From an uncultured Oscillospiraceae bacterium (GTDB lineage Bacteria; Bacillota; Clostridia; Oscillospirales; Ruminococcaceae): 64,000 nucleotides of DNA. Where the stretch lies: NCBI GenBank assembly GCA_900543705.1, contig UQSL01000002.1, positions 34,296 through 98,295 of the forward strand, written 5' to 3'. This document shows, piece after piece, positions 10,037-19,434 of this stretch (position 1 is the stretch's first letter; the number at the start of each line of letters is the position of its first letter). The notes below the pieces were generated by a model. It did not search any database. It was not told the DNA's origin and saw only the letters and a program-made list of their open reading frames with translations. A program made the translations under genes and the position numbers.

Positions 10037-11167
10037 TTAGGAGATGCGGATTCCGACCCCGTTTACCTCAACGCCTGAGTCCGCGCGGATGAGGATGTAG
10101 CGTACCCCATCGATGATCCTTGTCTCGATGAGATCACTGTGCTCGGGGTCCACTTTAATCTGTACATCCGGGGTGCTCACCTCGAATTGCCGCTGGTCGA
10201 CAAGGTTTTGGGGCCTCAGATCAGAGTCCGGGCCAAACGCTGCATCGTATTTTTCCTCAAACGCGGCGACATGCGGCTCGGACACACCGCAGGCGGACAG
10301 CACATGTTTTACCGTGTTTTTTCCAATGGTAAGCGGTTCCTCCTCTTTGTTTGCCTTGTGCTCCTCAATCAGCTCGCACAGCTGTTCATGGACAGTCTGC
10401 ACCACCTCATAGCTGCACTCGTCGTCGAGCGTGTCTCCGAGCACCGAGGCAAAGGTCTCTTTCTGCTGGGCAGCGGGCATCGGGATTTTACTGTGAAATA
10501 CTCCGTCGACGAACTGAGAGTGGTTTTCTTTGATATCTCTGGTGTAATACAGCGTGCCATAAATGTTGGCACTGCGGTCGTCAAATGCCGGGAATAAAAA
10601 GCCCAGCTCCGGTGGGGCGACAACCAAATCCGCTTCCAGGCTGTGGAACAGGCAGTCGGAGAAGTAGTAGCTGAGCGCGGGTTTGGTCTGTCTGACGGGG
10701 CAGACGCCGCACACAAAATAGGAAAACACCTCAGAGGAGGCATCCTCCAGTTTCTCCCCATCCCTAGAGCGGTAGGGTACGTCGTAGGTGTCGCACGCGA
10801 GCAGGATAAGATAGCTGCCCTCGAGGTCTGTACTTTGAATGACACGTTCAAAAAACGCCTGTACCGCGTTTTCGTCGTGAAGGGAGGAATCCCGCAGGGC
10901 CATCAGCAGTTTGTGCTCCTCGCCTTCCACGACTTGCTTTGTCTCAAACGAGATATCGATGAGATTTTTCCCGAGCGTCCCGGATAATGTCTTTTTGAGC
11001 ACAGCCAGAAGCTTGTCCGTTTCCTCTTGGGATGTCAAGGCGAGGGATTGGTTAAACTGGGAAATGATCTCCCGCTTTTCATTGACGTAGCATCCGCGGA
11101 CATGGGAGATGTTATTCTTTTCTGGGCGAAAACGCCGTCTTAACTCTGCAATTTCTTTTTCATTCAT
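10037..11167 (-). CDS. DUF4317 family protein (function unknown)
   Basis: Start moved to MNEKEIAELRRRF (GGAGGT RBS). N-terminus ...GCYVN...LKKTLSGTLGKNL matches my recollection of DUF4317. Confidence 0.7.
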   Translation of the reverse strand: MNEKEIAELRRRFRPEKNNISHVRGCYVNEKREIISQFNQSLALTSQEETDKLLAVLKKTLSGTLGKNLIDISFETKQVVEGEEHKLLMALRDSSLHDENAVQAFFERVIQSTDLEGSYLILLACDTYDVPYRSRDGEKLEDASSEVFSYFVCGVCPVRQTKPALSYYFSDCLFHSLEADLVVAPPELGFLFPAFDDRSANIYGTLYYTRDIKENHSQFVDGVFHSKIPMPAAQQKETFASVLGDTLDDECSYEVVQTVHEQLCELIEEHKANKEEEPLTIGKNTVKHVLSACGVSEPHVAAFEEKYDAAFGPDSDLRPQNLVDQRQFEVSTPDVQIKVDPEHSDLIETRIIDGVRYILIRADSGVEVNGVGIRIS

Positions 11168-11300
11168 GTGGCTATTGTACCTCCATAGGGTTTCTCGGTG
11201 AATGCGGGGACAGGGGGAGCGGAGAAGCCTGTCCAAAAATGGAAAGACCTACCCCTACCGGCTTTGTTATGGATTCCGGGATTCCCGCCGTCCCCTGGTG

Positions 11301-11410
11301 CCTTTCATTATTCCATGAACGCAAAGCGTGAATGGGATAATTGGCCATCGCCGTAAGGCGGGCCATGAAAATAAAAATAATAGTTGCTTTCGCAACGATT
11401 ATACCACATG
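11301..11410 (-). repeat. third copy (R3) of the structured ~89-nt unit seen at 16689-16866
   Basis: Minus strand: TGTGGTATAAT box, palindrome AATCGTTGCgaaaGCAACTATT, A/T tract, then ATGGCCCGCCTTACGGCGATGGCCAATT (27/28 match to R1) and CATTCACGCTTTGCGTTCATGG. Confidence 0.6.
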
Positions 11411-11592
11411 GCGTCGGGCAGTTCCAGACGATTCTTGGAGATACACTGGGAGGAACTCCATAATGGCCTGTGATGCCATCCAGGAAATGTTCCTGAAACA
11501 TAATCTTCGCCCTATGCACGAAGCAAAACGAACGCGGCAGATAGCCGGAAACTGACCGCTTCATGCAAGGGCGACATATGCATTTTCTGAAA

Positions 11593-11997
11593 TCACAGTA
11601 GGGTCAGGGGCTTTTTTACGCCTGCATCTGCGGTGAGCTCGGCAAGTTTCTGCACATCCGTGATACCACAGTCTTCCAAAAGAGCTGTGAGCGTAAAGAG
11701 AAAATCCCGCGCCTTGTCCTCCTTCATCCCCATTGCCTTCGCCAGCTGAAGAAACCGGATCTCTCCCGGATATTTCCTGACTAGATGTGTATAGTAAGCC
11801 TTTACCACCAGCAGGGAACCCAAATTCAACGGCAGATGATCAGCGTACCTGAATACAGCGCGTCCAAATGCATTCAAACAGGAGTTTTTGTCAAGGTTCA
11901 GTGATAAAACAGCGCCATAAGCTACCTGTTCCAACGCCTGAGTATCAGACGGCTCCCGGACAGCGCGGGGAAGGGAATGAGATATACGAGGGAGCAA
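11593..11997 (-). CDS. hypothetical ORF, possibly a 5'-truncated gene fragment
   Basis: 134 aa. C-terminal part faintly resembles Fe-ADH-superfamily C-termini. No RBS seen. Its 5' end abuts another truncated gene. Confidence 0.3.
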   Translation of the reverse strand: MLPRISHSLPRAVREPSDTQALEQVAYGAVLSLNLDKNSCLNAFGRAVFRYADHLPLNLGSLLVVKAYYTHLVRKYPGEIRFLQLAKAMGMKEDKARDFLFTLTALLEDCGITDVQKLAELTADAGVKKPLTLL

Positions 11998-12461
11998 AGG
12001 CCATCAGGGAGTATGTGGAAAACGGCGGGCGCATGCTCACAATGGGCCATTCTTGTGACTACGCCATCAAGACGCTGAATATCGGAGTCAAAAACGTTGT
12101 AAAGGATCTCCCCTTGTCAGAATTTAACACGCATGGTTCCACGCTCCATGTCAAGGTGGATCCCAAGCATCCGGTCGGTTATGGTATGCCGGAAAAGGCG
12201 CTCATCCTGCACTGGAACGGCCCGGTCTTTGAGATTTCCGACAAAGTAAACTCCGAGAAATATCATACGGTTGTCCGTTTTGAGAAGGAAAAGCTGCTCA
12301 AGAGCGGCCTGCTCGTCGGCAAGAAGATGATTGTGGGCAAGGCGGCGATGATGATCACGCAGGTCGGTAAGGGTGAGGTCTACCTCTATGGCTTTGGTCC
12401 TCAGCAGAGAATGCAGACCCATGGAACTTTCAAATTACTCTTCAATTCTATTTACAAATAG
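11868..12461 (+). pseudogene. C-terminal fragment of a larger GATase1-like-domain protein
   Basis: Homology-like sequence starts abruptly at ...KAIREYVENGGRMLTMG and ends ...GKGEVYLYGFGPQQRMQTHGTFKLLFNSIY, as in C-termini of much longer proteins. No credible start or RBS. Confidence 0.4.
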
Positions 12462-12668
12462 TAGATTTTATCGAAATAAGTCCAAATTGTGTAGAACCTC
12501 CCTCTCCTGTATTTTACAGGGGAGGGGGTTATGCCATGACATCTGGACGTCAGGGACTGCGTTTGGAATTCTCTCAATCACTCGTTATCTTCAGGCGCAG
12601 CTTTTAGAATGGAATCTGATGTCCCATGTCCAAAAAGAGTTCTCCTGGAACTTTTATAAACGGAAAAT

Positions 12669-12708
12669 AACATCCCCGGAAAACGGCATGCCGTTTTCCG
12701 GGGATGTT
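12669..12708. terminator. perfect 19-bp palindromic terminator
   Basis: AACATCCCCGGAAAACGGC-at-GCCGTTTTCCGGGGATGTT. T-rich on the minus strand after the hydrolase gene. Confidence 0.6.
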
Positions 12709-12730
12709 GCTGCTTGAAAACTGAATGGAT

Positions 12731-13696
12731 TCAATTTGCGTCAAGGGAATTTTCTTTAAGATCTTCTGAGGAGAACGCCGGAAGATGAGAAAGCCAGCAT
12801 AGGATATCTTCATAGACTTCCCCGAAGTTTGTTTCGTTGAGCAGCTCGTGACGGGCTCCCTTGTAAAGCTTGAGGTGGATGTCCCGCACCCCGGCGCTTA
12901 CCAGAGTCTGGTACACGTAAGACACGCCCTTGCCATAATCACCGACAGGATCCATGTCTCCAGAAATCAAAAGAGTGGGGAGCGCCTTGGGATAGGAGGC
13001 AAACCATTCCGGGTCACTGCACCGCAGAAGCAGGGTGAATAAATCATGGAATGCTGACGCGGTAAACGTGAAATTGCAGTAGGGATCTGCAAGGTAAGCA
13101 TCCACCACGTCTTCATCCCTGGTCAGCCAGTCGAATTTGGTTCGACGTTTGTATTTTTTGTTATAGCTGCCAAAAGCAAGCTGGGATAGCAGAGAACTGC
13201 GATAGAATTCCCCCCGCCGCCGGCACTCAAAGGCCGCGAGCTTTTTACCGACACGCGCGCCGGGATTTGGGCCAGAGGTTCCACAGAAGATGACAGCATC
13301 TAATTCCTGTCCATATTTTGTCACATAGTTGCGTGCAATAAATGAACCCATGCTATGCCCAAACAGGACGAGCGGCATACCGGGAAACTTGATTTTCATC
13401 ATGTTGGTCAGGGTGTGCAGGTCATCGATTAAGAATTTATCTCCTCCGCGTTTGGCAAAATAGCCGAGATGCTCCGGGTCAGATGCGGATGCTCCGTGCC
13501 CCAGGTGGTTATTCGCGCAGACGAAAAAGCCCTGCTGCGTCAGAGTTTGTGCAAACGCAGAGTAGCGGTCGATATACTCGCACATTCCATGGGAAATCTG
13601 GATAATTCCCTTTGCGGCGCCGTCGGGCTGCCAGATTTTAGCCACAATGGTATCTGTGCCGTTGGTACTTGGATAGAAGATGTCACAGGTACGCAT
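12731..13696 (-). CDS. alpha/beta hydrolase (lysophospholipase/monoacylglycerol-lipase-like)
   Basis: 321 aa. HG oxyanion motif ISHGMCE and nucleophile elbow GHSMGS. Confidence 0.85.
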   Translation of the reverse strand: MRTCDIFYPSTNGTDTIVAKIWQPDGAAKGIIQISHGMCEYIDRYSAFAQTLTQQGFFVCANNHLGHGASASDPEHLGYFAKRGGDKFLIDDLHTLTNMMKIKFPGMPLVLFGHSMGSFIARNYVTKYGQELDAVIFCGTSGPNPGARVGKKLAAFECRRRGEFYRSSLLSQLAFGSYNKKYKRRTKFDWLTRDEDVVDAYLADPYCNFTFTASAFHDLFTLLLRCSDPEWFASYPKALPTLLISGDMDPVGDYGKGVSYVYQTLVSAGVRDIHLKLYKGARHELLNETNFGEVYEDILCWLSHLPAFSSEDLKENSLDAN

Positions 13697-13714
13697 GCTT
13701 CGGTTAACCTCCTC

Positions 13715-14143
13715 TTACCCCCGTGCGGAAATGCCGGGATATGTATGGATATTTTGGATTTGGTTATTGGGAGACACAGTGTAAAAATAAATTTCCGGAA
13801 AAGCTTTCCACAGGTGTGCCAATGGAGCGCTATTGTCCTTCGGCGCACCGGTAATTACATGTTCCGCATGGTATTCCCGGATGCAGTCGGCCATCGTGGA
13901 AAAGGGATGCTCTGCATTTAAAATATTCATAGCGGCGTTATAATCCATGGACACGGTATACAGGTGCTGCAGCGCGACGCGGTTGAGCGATTCTATGTTC
14001 GTAGATACGATATTTACCACAAATAAATCGGTACCGGAAAGATCTGCAACTTTGCGACCGACCCGAATGAGCCGGTCGCAGGTGATTTGGTCGGTGACAA
14101 AAACAAGGGTGGACTTGTTCTGTATCGGCGAATCAAGTTTCAT
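13715..14143 (-). CDS. universal-stress-protein-like (Usp/KdpD-linker-type) protein
   Basis: STLVFVTDQITCDRLIRVGRKVA...LFVVNIV pattern. Lies 18 nt upstream of the hydrolase. Start (ATG 14143 or TTG 14155) is uncertain. Confidence 0.5.
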   Translation of the reverse strand: MKLDSPIQNKSTLVFVTDQITCDRLIRVGRKVADLSGTDLFVVNIVSTNIESLNRVALQHLYTVSMDYNAAMNILNAEHPFSTMADCIREYHAEHVITGAPKDNSAPLAHLWKAFPEIYFYTVSPNNQIQNIHTYPGISARG

Positions 14144-14375
14144 GTGGATGTACAACTCCTGTTTGACAACGGATTCCTCCTGTCAAAAAATTCCGCTGTT
14201 TGATGACTCTATTATACAGGAGAGATATTAATAAATCATGAAACACCTGTAAGATTCCCTGCAGCACTTATTTCCAGCCTTTACGGTTTAGGAATTCTTA
14301 AGGAAATTTACGTTTTTTTAGAGTCTGAAGATCTTGTAAATTTGCATGAATACCGTATGATGGATATGTAAAGAA

Positions 14376-14400
14376 TCACAGGGAGATTATCTCCCTGTGA
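14376..14400 (-). terminator. hairpin after the DUF3298-like gene
   Basis: TCACAGGGAGA-tta-TCTCCCTGTGA. Confidence 0.4.
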
Positions 14401-14425
14401 CTGCGCCGCAATAAGGGAACAGAGG

Positions 14426-15073
14426 TTACCATTCCTGTTTGAAGTAGTCCTGTAATTCACTTTTGGCAAGGGGGATCTCTTGCTGGGAAAAGCTTGATGC
14501 AGAACCAATCAAAAGGACGACAGAGTCCTCTGTGAGATAATAGGGCTGTCTAGGATTCGGATAATAATCTAAATCCGGTAATTGCTGATTGATAAGTTTT
14601 ACTATGGCCTGCTGATAGTTGCTGTCTGCTTCAAACAGGTCATTGAAGGCAAGGGGTTTTGCATCTGAAAGGCGGATGGTATGCCCCTGTTTTAAACTGG
14701 CTTGAGTCCCTGCTGCGGAAAAATCCGTCTGCAAAACAATACTCAGGGTGGTTTCATCTGCGTAGGAGACTTGGTAGCTCTGGATGGCATTGGCGGTATC
14801 CGCCCCGCTTTTTGCGCAAAAGACCTGTGCCTGAACCAATGCTTTTTTGGAATCCTCTAAAAATTCTACGTTGCGCTTGGCCTGTTCCGTTTCATCCGAG
14901 AGTCCGGACAATCGAGGGATTTTCGAAGTCAGGGTTACGGATTTGGCGGTATGATCCTGCCGTATCTCCATCAAATGGTAAGAGGGAGAGGCGGCGGAAA
15001 TCGGAAGGCTCAATGCCAAAGCAATCAGGGTAGCTGCCAAGAATCCGCGTTTTTGTTTCAATCGGGTTTTCAC
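14426..15073 (-). CDS. secreted DUF3298/RsiV-C-terminal-like protein
   Basis: 215 aa. Signal peptide MKTRLKQKRGFLAATLIALALSLPISAA. Overall pattern resembles DUF4163/DUF3298 proteins. Confidence 0.55.
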   Translation of the reverse strand: MKTRLKQKRGFLAATLIALALSLPISAASPSYHLMEIRQDHTAKSVTLTSKIPRLSGLSDETEQAKRNVEFLEDSKKALVQAQVFCAKSGADTANAIQSYQVSYADETTLSIVLQTDFSAAGTQASLKQGHTIRLSDAKPLAFNDLFEADSNYQQAIVKLINQQLPDLDYYPNPRQPYYLTEDSVVLLIGSASSFSQQEIPLAKSELQDYFKQEW

Positions 15074-15166
15074 CCTCTCTCATCAATTTCACTTGCGGCA
15101 CAGAGTATAGCATTCCCCATTTGCCGCAAAATAAAGATACTGTTCATCTGGAAGGAGCGCCGTCAA

Positions 15167-15886
15167 ATGGAAAATCAGGGAAAAATAAACTGGAAGAAAG
15201 CCGGCAAATTCATGGCGCTGCTGCTTGCGGTAGGGGCAGTTGCCATTCTCACCGTCTGGCTGTTTCCCTATGTGCTTTCTTTAAAGGATGAAGCGGTGCG
15301 CGCACAGTTTGAAGCTGCAATTTCCTCTTTGGGTGTCTGGGGATTTTTTGTCATGCTGTTCATTCAGATTTTACAGGTGGTCATTGCCATCATTCCAGGA
15401 GAACCGGTGGAGATTATATCCGGAGTGCTCTATGGCGGGATTGGCGGGCTGTGCCTGTGCTTGCTCGGCATCCTGATTGGAACGGCGGCCATCTATTTTG
15501 CCGTCAAAAAATTCGGTACGCGTCTGGTGAGAAAATTTGTCTCCGAGGAGCAGATGAGCCGCTTTCACTTCCTTTCGGATGCAAAGCGGCTCGAGATGGT
15601 GACGTTTTTGCTCTTTTTTATTCCGGGTACACCCAAAGACGTGCTGACATATCTGGTTCCGCTGACAAAGATAAAACCGTTGCGTTTTTTCCTGATTGCC
15701 ACCTTGGCCAGAATCCCCTCGATTATCACTTCCAGTTATATTGGAGAAAACCTGAGTACTGGAAATCTATGGGGAACAGTGATCATTTTTGCAATTTCCG
15801 GTGTATTGGGGATTAGCGGGATTTTAATCAACCACTTTTTCCTCGATAAAATGAACCGGAGAAAAGAACAAGAAGAATCCCGTTAG
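15167..15886 (+). CDS. TVP38/TMEM64 (DedA-related) family membrane protein
   Basis: Start moved to MENQGK (GGAAGGAG RBS). IPGEPVEIISGVLYG and FIPGTPKDVLTY motifs. Confidence 0.8.
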   Translation: MENQGKINWKKAGKFMALLLAVGAVAILTVWLFPYVLSLKDEAVRAQFEAAISSLGVWGFFVMLFIQILQVVIAIIPGEPVEIISGVLYGGIGGLCLCLLGILIGTAAIYFAVKKFGTRLVRKFVSEEQMSRFHFLSDAKRLEMVTFLLFFIPGTPKDVLTYLVPLTKIKPLRFFLIATLARIPSIITSSYIGENLSTGNLWGTVIIFAISGVLGISGILINHFFLDKMNRRKEQEESR

Positions 15887-16209
15887 CTGGTATAGTCTTC
15901 AATCAAGCGGTTGAGTTCCTTCATATCCTGTGCGAACACGCCGGTCTGCAGGGCTTTCTGATCGAACTCCGGCAGGGTGGAAACATAGACATCAAAGACG
16001 ATGTCCGGCTGATCCTTGTTCGTCTCAAAAACTGCGATTTTCCCGTGGTAATCCTTAAGCATGTAAGAGGGATAGCTGGTTGTCTGGCTCTGTCCGGCTT
16101 CTGCCGCTGCAGGCGGCTGTAACGGGATGTAGATAACGGCTAAGAGCAGAGTACAGGCCATGACCACGGTCAAGGATGCCTGTAAAATTCGATTGGTTTT
16201 ACGTTTCAT
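15883..16209 (-). CDS. membrane-anchored hypothetical protein
   Basis: Start at MKRKTNRIL (GGAGGA RBS), one TM, then YMLKDYHGKIAVFE...LPEFDQKAL..G. Its 3' end overlaps the TVP38 stop by 4 nt (convergent). Confidence 0.55.
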   Translation of the reverse strand: MKRKTNRILQASLTVVMACTLLLAVIYIPLQPPAAAEAGQSQTTSYPSYMLKDYHGKIAVFETNKDQPDIVFDVYVSTLPEFDQKALQTGVFAQDMKELNRLIEDYTS

Positions 16210-16688
16210 ATGATTGTCCTCCATGAAACTAAAAGGTTCCGTGCTGAGGTGATGGAAAAACACTATTTCAGTAGTAGTATGGTCGGGGAAAAGCGGGAGT
16301 ATACAAAAATTTTTCCTGCATCCTGCCTGAACTCCTTGCGAGGTTTCGCCCCGTAGCAGCCCTTCCTGCTCCCAACACTTACAAACAGCAACCGGCTGGT
16401 TATGTTAACCGGACGTTTGTTTTGTCAGTATGGAAGGGGTGATCAGGAAAGTTTGTACGCTGTTTCCCCTGATTTCGTTTGATCGATTCCCTTTTTGGCG
16501 GACACTAAAAGTGTAACTGTCGTTTGGAGGCGGAACCCCAATAAAAAATATACCGGGAAAGAGTCCCTTCTCCCTGCACAGCAATGTATAAAATATTTCG
16601 GCAAGCCGTTTTTATTTTCTCGAAAAGGCCGGATTTTTCTCTTCCCATTTTGCATTCTAAAAAAATATTCACACATTTTGTCCGTCTT

Positions 16689-16866
16689 ATGCTATAATAA
16701 CCGCAGAGCGGTTATTAATCTTAATTTTATGGCCCGCCTACGGCGAAGGCCAATTCTAGCATTCGTGCCTTGCATTCATGCTAGAATAACCGCAGAGCGG
16801 TTATTAATCTTAATTTTACGGCCCGCCTGTAGCGAAGGCTTACTATAGCATTCTATGCGATAAATG
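16689..16866 (+). repeat. two tandem copies (R1 16689-16777, R2 16778-16866) of a structured 89-nt unit
   Basis: Each unit has TGCTA(T/G)AAT, palindrome ATAACCGCagaGCGGTTAT, the A/T tract TAATCTTAATTTTA, and GC hairpin GGCCCGCC..GCGAAGGC. The first 41 nt are 40/41 identical. Confidence 0.7.
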
Positions 16867-17109
16867 GGCTACAGAGTGTCAATTCTAATGTTAATGCACA
16901 ATGCAAAATGGAACAAACCGCTGAATGTCTGAAAAAGGTAGGAAACGGCTGCAAAGCTTTTAACCCGGTTTACAATAAGGACCGGATGGCGTCAAAGAGG
17001 AGTTTTCACTTTCCTTGTTACGTCGCAAAAGCAAAATCAGCCTGTTTTTATTTTACGGGACAGGCAGTCTGCTTATCCTGTAAGGCGACTCAAAGGAGGC
17101 CATGACCTG

Positions 17110-19434
17110 ATGAAAACAATCACGCCTGAAACGAGAGAAAAATTGGAACGAGCAGCGCACATTACCCGCAAAACATGTTCCTATATCGGAATGGGCGTCA
17201 TGACAATTTTTCTGATTTGTATCATTACAGGATGTATTGTCGGCACAGCAATGGGAATTTATGTGATGAAATTCGTAAACCCGGATGATACGATCAACCT
17301 GAGGGATCGGGAACTCAATTATACCTCCGTGCTATATGTCAAAAATGAAGCAGGGGAGGATGTTGAGCTCCAGCGCCTGCACGGGACGGAAAACCGCATC
17401 TGGGTGGATTTGGAGAAGGTACCTCAGAATCTTCAGGATGCGTTTATCGCTGTTGAGGATGAGCGCTTTGAAACCCATCACGGTGTGGACTGGAAGCGTA
17501 CCATTGCTGCAACTGCAAACCTGTTCCTTGGCTTTTATGACACTCAGCAGGGTGGTTCCACCATTACTCAGCAGCTGGTCAAGAATGTGACCGGGGAAGA
17601 TGATGTGCGTGTCGAACGCAAGGTGCAGGAAATTTTTAAAGCGCTGAAATTGGAACAGGAGTACACCAAGCAGGATATCATGGAAGCATACCTCAATGAA
17701 ATCCATCTCGGCAATAATACAAACGGCGTACAGGCAGCGGCAAACCTATACTTTGGTAAGGATGTCAGTGATCTGTCGCTTGCCGAATGCGCGAGTATTG
17801 CGGCAATTACGCAATACCCAGTTATGTACAACCCGTTTAGATACCCGGAGAACAACAAAAAGCGGCAGGAGTATGTCCTGCAAAAAATGTATGAAATCGG
17901 CAAGATTACCAAAGAGGAATACGACCAGGCTATGGCCGAAAAGCTAGAGTTCAGTATGGAAGGCAATACCGTTTCTAACGGCGGAGAAATCAACAGCTGG
18001 TTTGTCGACCTAGTTATTGACGATGTGATCAACGACCTGATGGAACAAAAAGGGTATACGGAGGACTACGCGACAAACCTCCTCTACAGCGGAGGCTATA
18101 AAATCTACACCACTGAAGTGCCTTCCGTGCAGGCGGCGCTTGAGGATGTGTATACTGCATCGGATACCTTTTACAAAAAGCCGGGGGATGTCCAGCCGGA
18201 ATCCGCAATGGTGGTCATGGATTACAATGGAGCGATTGTCGGCATTGTCGGGCGTCGAGGGGAAAAGACGGAAAACCGTATTTTTAACCTTGCAAGCGAT
18301 GCACACCGGCAGCCGGGTTCCTCCATCAAACCGATTGCTTCTTACGGCCCGGCGATTGAAAACAACCTGATCAACTGGTCTACCATATTTAATGACAGCC
18401 CGGTGCGCAAGATTGACGGCCAGGACTGGCCGGTTAACTACTATACCGGATACTATGGAAACATGACGGTTGTACGGGCGCTCGAGCTGTCCACCAACCC
18501 GGTCGCGGTCCGTGTCAATGAGCTGTTCGGCACCAAAAATTCGTACAATTTTCTCAAGGATAAACTGCATTTTAGCGTGGACGGGGAACCGGACAACGGC
18601 GTCATTGATGGCAGCCTCATGGAGGAAAAGGATATCAATTCTCCGGGTGCTATGGCCCTCGGTGGTTTAACAAATGGTGTGACGCTTGTAGAGATGGCGG
18701 CGGCTTATCAGACCTTCGGAAATGGCGGCTACTACAACAAGGCGCACTCCTACACTAAGGTGGTGGACAACGAGGGCAACACCGTGCTTGAAAATGTCCA
18801 GAGCCCGGAGCGGGTTTTTTCTGAAGAAACTGCTTCGATTATGAACCTTTTGCTGCAGGACAATGCCCAGAAAGGTACTGGGCGCCAGAGCACATTTGGT
18901 TCTTGGCAGCTCGCCGGCAAAACCGGTACCACTTCGGACAACTGGGATCACTGGTACTGCGGCCTGTCTCCATATTATGTGGCAGTGACCTGGTATGGCT
19001 ATGAGATTCCGCAGGAGGTCACCTATACCGATACCGGTATCCATCCAGCTATGAGGCCTTGGAGGCTGGCAATGCAGAAAATCCATGCAAATCTTGAGCA
19101 AAAGGAATTTACGATTAGCCCGAACATTGTAGCGGAAAAATATTGTACGGAAACCGGTCTGCTTGCATCGGACAACTGTCCGAGTACGTTGACCGGGTAC
19201 TATAAAAAAGATGCGCTTCCCGGAACCTGTACCGCACACAGCGGCGGTGTACGGAAGGATACTTCCTTGCAGACGGATACTTCTTCTTCCCAGAGTTCCT
19301 CTACCGTATCCCAGGCTATGGAGCATTCGGATTCCTCAACCAGCACTTCGACGGATTCCTCCGCTGTTTCCAGTACGACTTCGAGTGGTACTTCCAATAC
19401 GACTTTGGAAGAAATCTCCAGCCCTGCGGCATAA
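17110..19434 (+). CDS. class A penicillin-binding protein (PBP1A-type transglycosylase/transpeptidase)
   Basis: 774 aa. GT51 motifs EDERFETHHG and GGSTITQQL; transpeptidase SSIKP and KTGT. Ser/Thr-rich C-terminal tail. Confidence 0.9.
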   Translation: MKTITPETREKLERAAHITRKTCSYIGMGVMTIFLICIITGCIVGTAMGIYVMKFVNPDDTINLRDRELNYTSVLYVKNEAGEDVELQRLHGTENRIWVDLEKVPQNLQDAFIAVEDERFETHHGVDWKRTIAATANLFLGFYDTQQGGSTITQQLVKNVTGEDDVRVERKVQEIFKALKLEQEYTKQDIMEAYLNEIHLGNNTNGVQAAANLYFGKDVSDLSLAECASIAAITQYPVMYNPFRYPENNKKRQEYVLQKMYEIGKITKEEYDQAMAEKLEFSMEGNTVSNGGEINSWFVDLVIDDVINDLMEQKGYTEDYATNLLYSGGYKIYTTEVPSVQAALEDVYTASDTFYKKPGDVQPESAMVVMDYNGAIVGIVGRRGEKTENRIFNLASDAHRQPGSSIKPIASYGPAIENNLINWSTIFNDSPVRKIDGQDWPVNYYTGYYGNMTVVRALELSTNPVAVRVNELFGTKNSYNFLKDKLHFSVDGEPDNGVIDGSLMEEKDINSPGAMALGGLTNGVTLVEMAAAYQTFGNGGYYNKAHSYTKVVDNEGNTVLENVQSPERVFSEETASIMNLLLQDNAQKGTGRQSTFGSWQLAGKTGTTSDNWDHWYCGLSPYYVAVTWYGYEIPQEVTYTDTGIHPAMRPWRLAMQKIHANLEQKEFTISPNIVAEKYCTETGLLASDNCPSTLTGYYKKDALPGTCTAHSGGVRKDTSLQTDTSSSQSSSTVSQAMEHSDSSTSTSTDSSAVSSTTSSGTSNTTLEEISSPAA

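Noticed and set aside
11172-11564. 130-aa minus-strand ORF upstream of and overlapping the DUF4317 start
   Set aside because: It runs through the R3 repeat unit, whose conservation is non-coding, and into the DUF4317 RBS. It has no RBS of its own.
16729-16848. Short ORF starting at the conserved ATGGCCCGCC of the repeat unit (MARLRRRPIL..., part of track ORF 16495-16848)
   Set aside because: There is no RBS. The copy at 11301-11410 has a 1-nt indel that changes the frame after four codons, so the conservation is not protein-coding.
16908-17105. 65-aa ORF just upstream of PBP1A
   Set aside because: No RBS, Cys/Lys-rich low-plausibility sequence, and it lies within the probable PBP1A leader.
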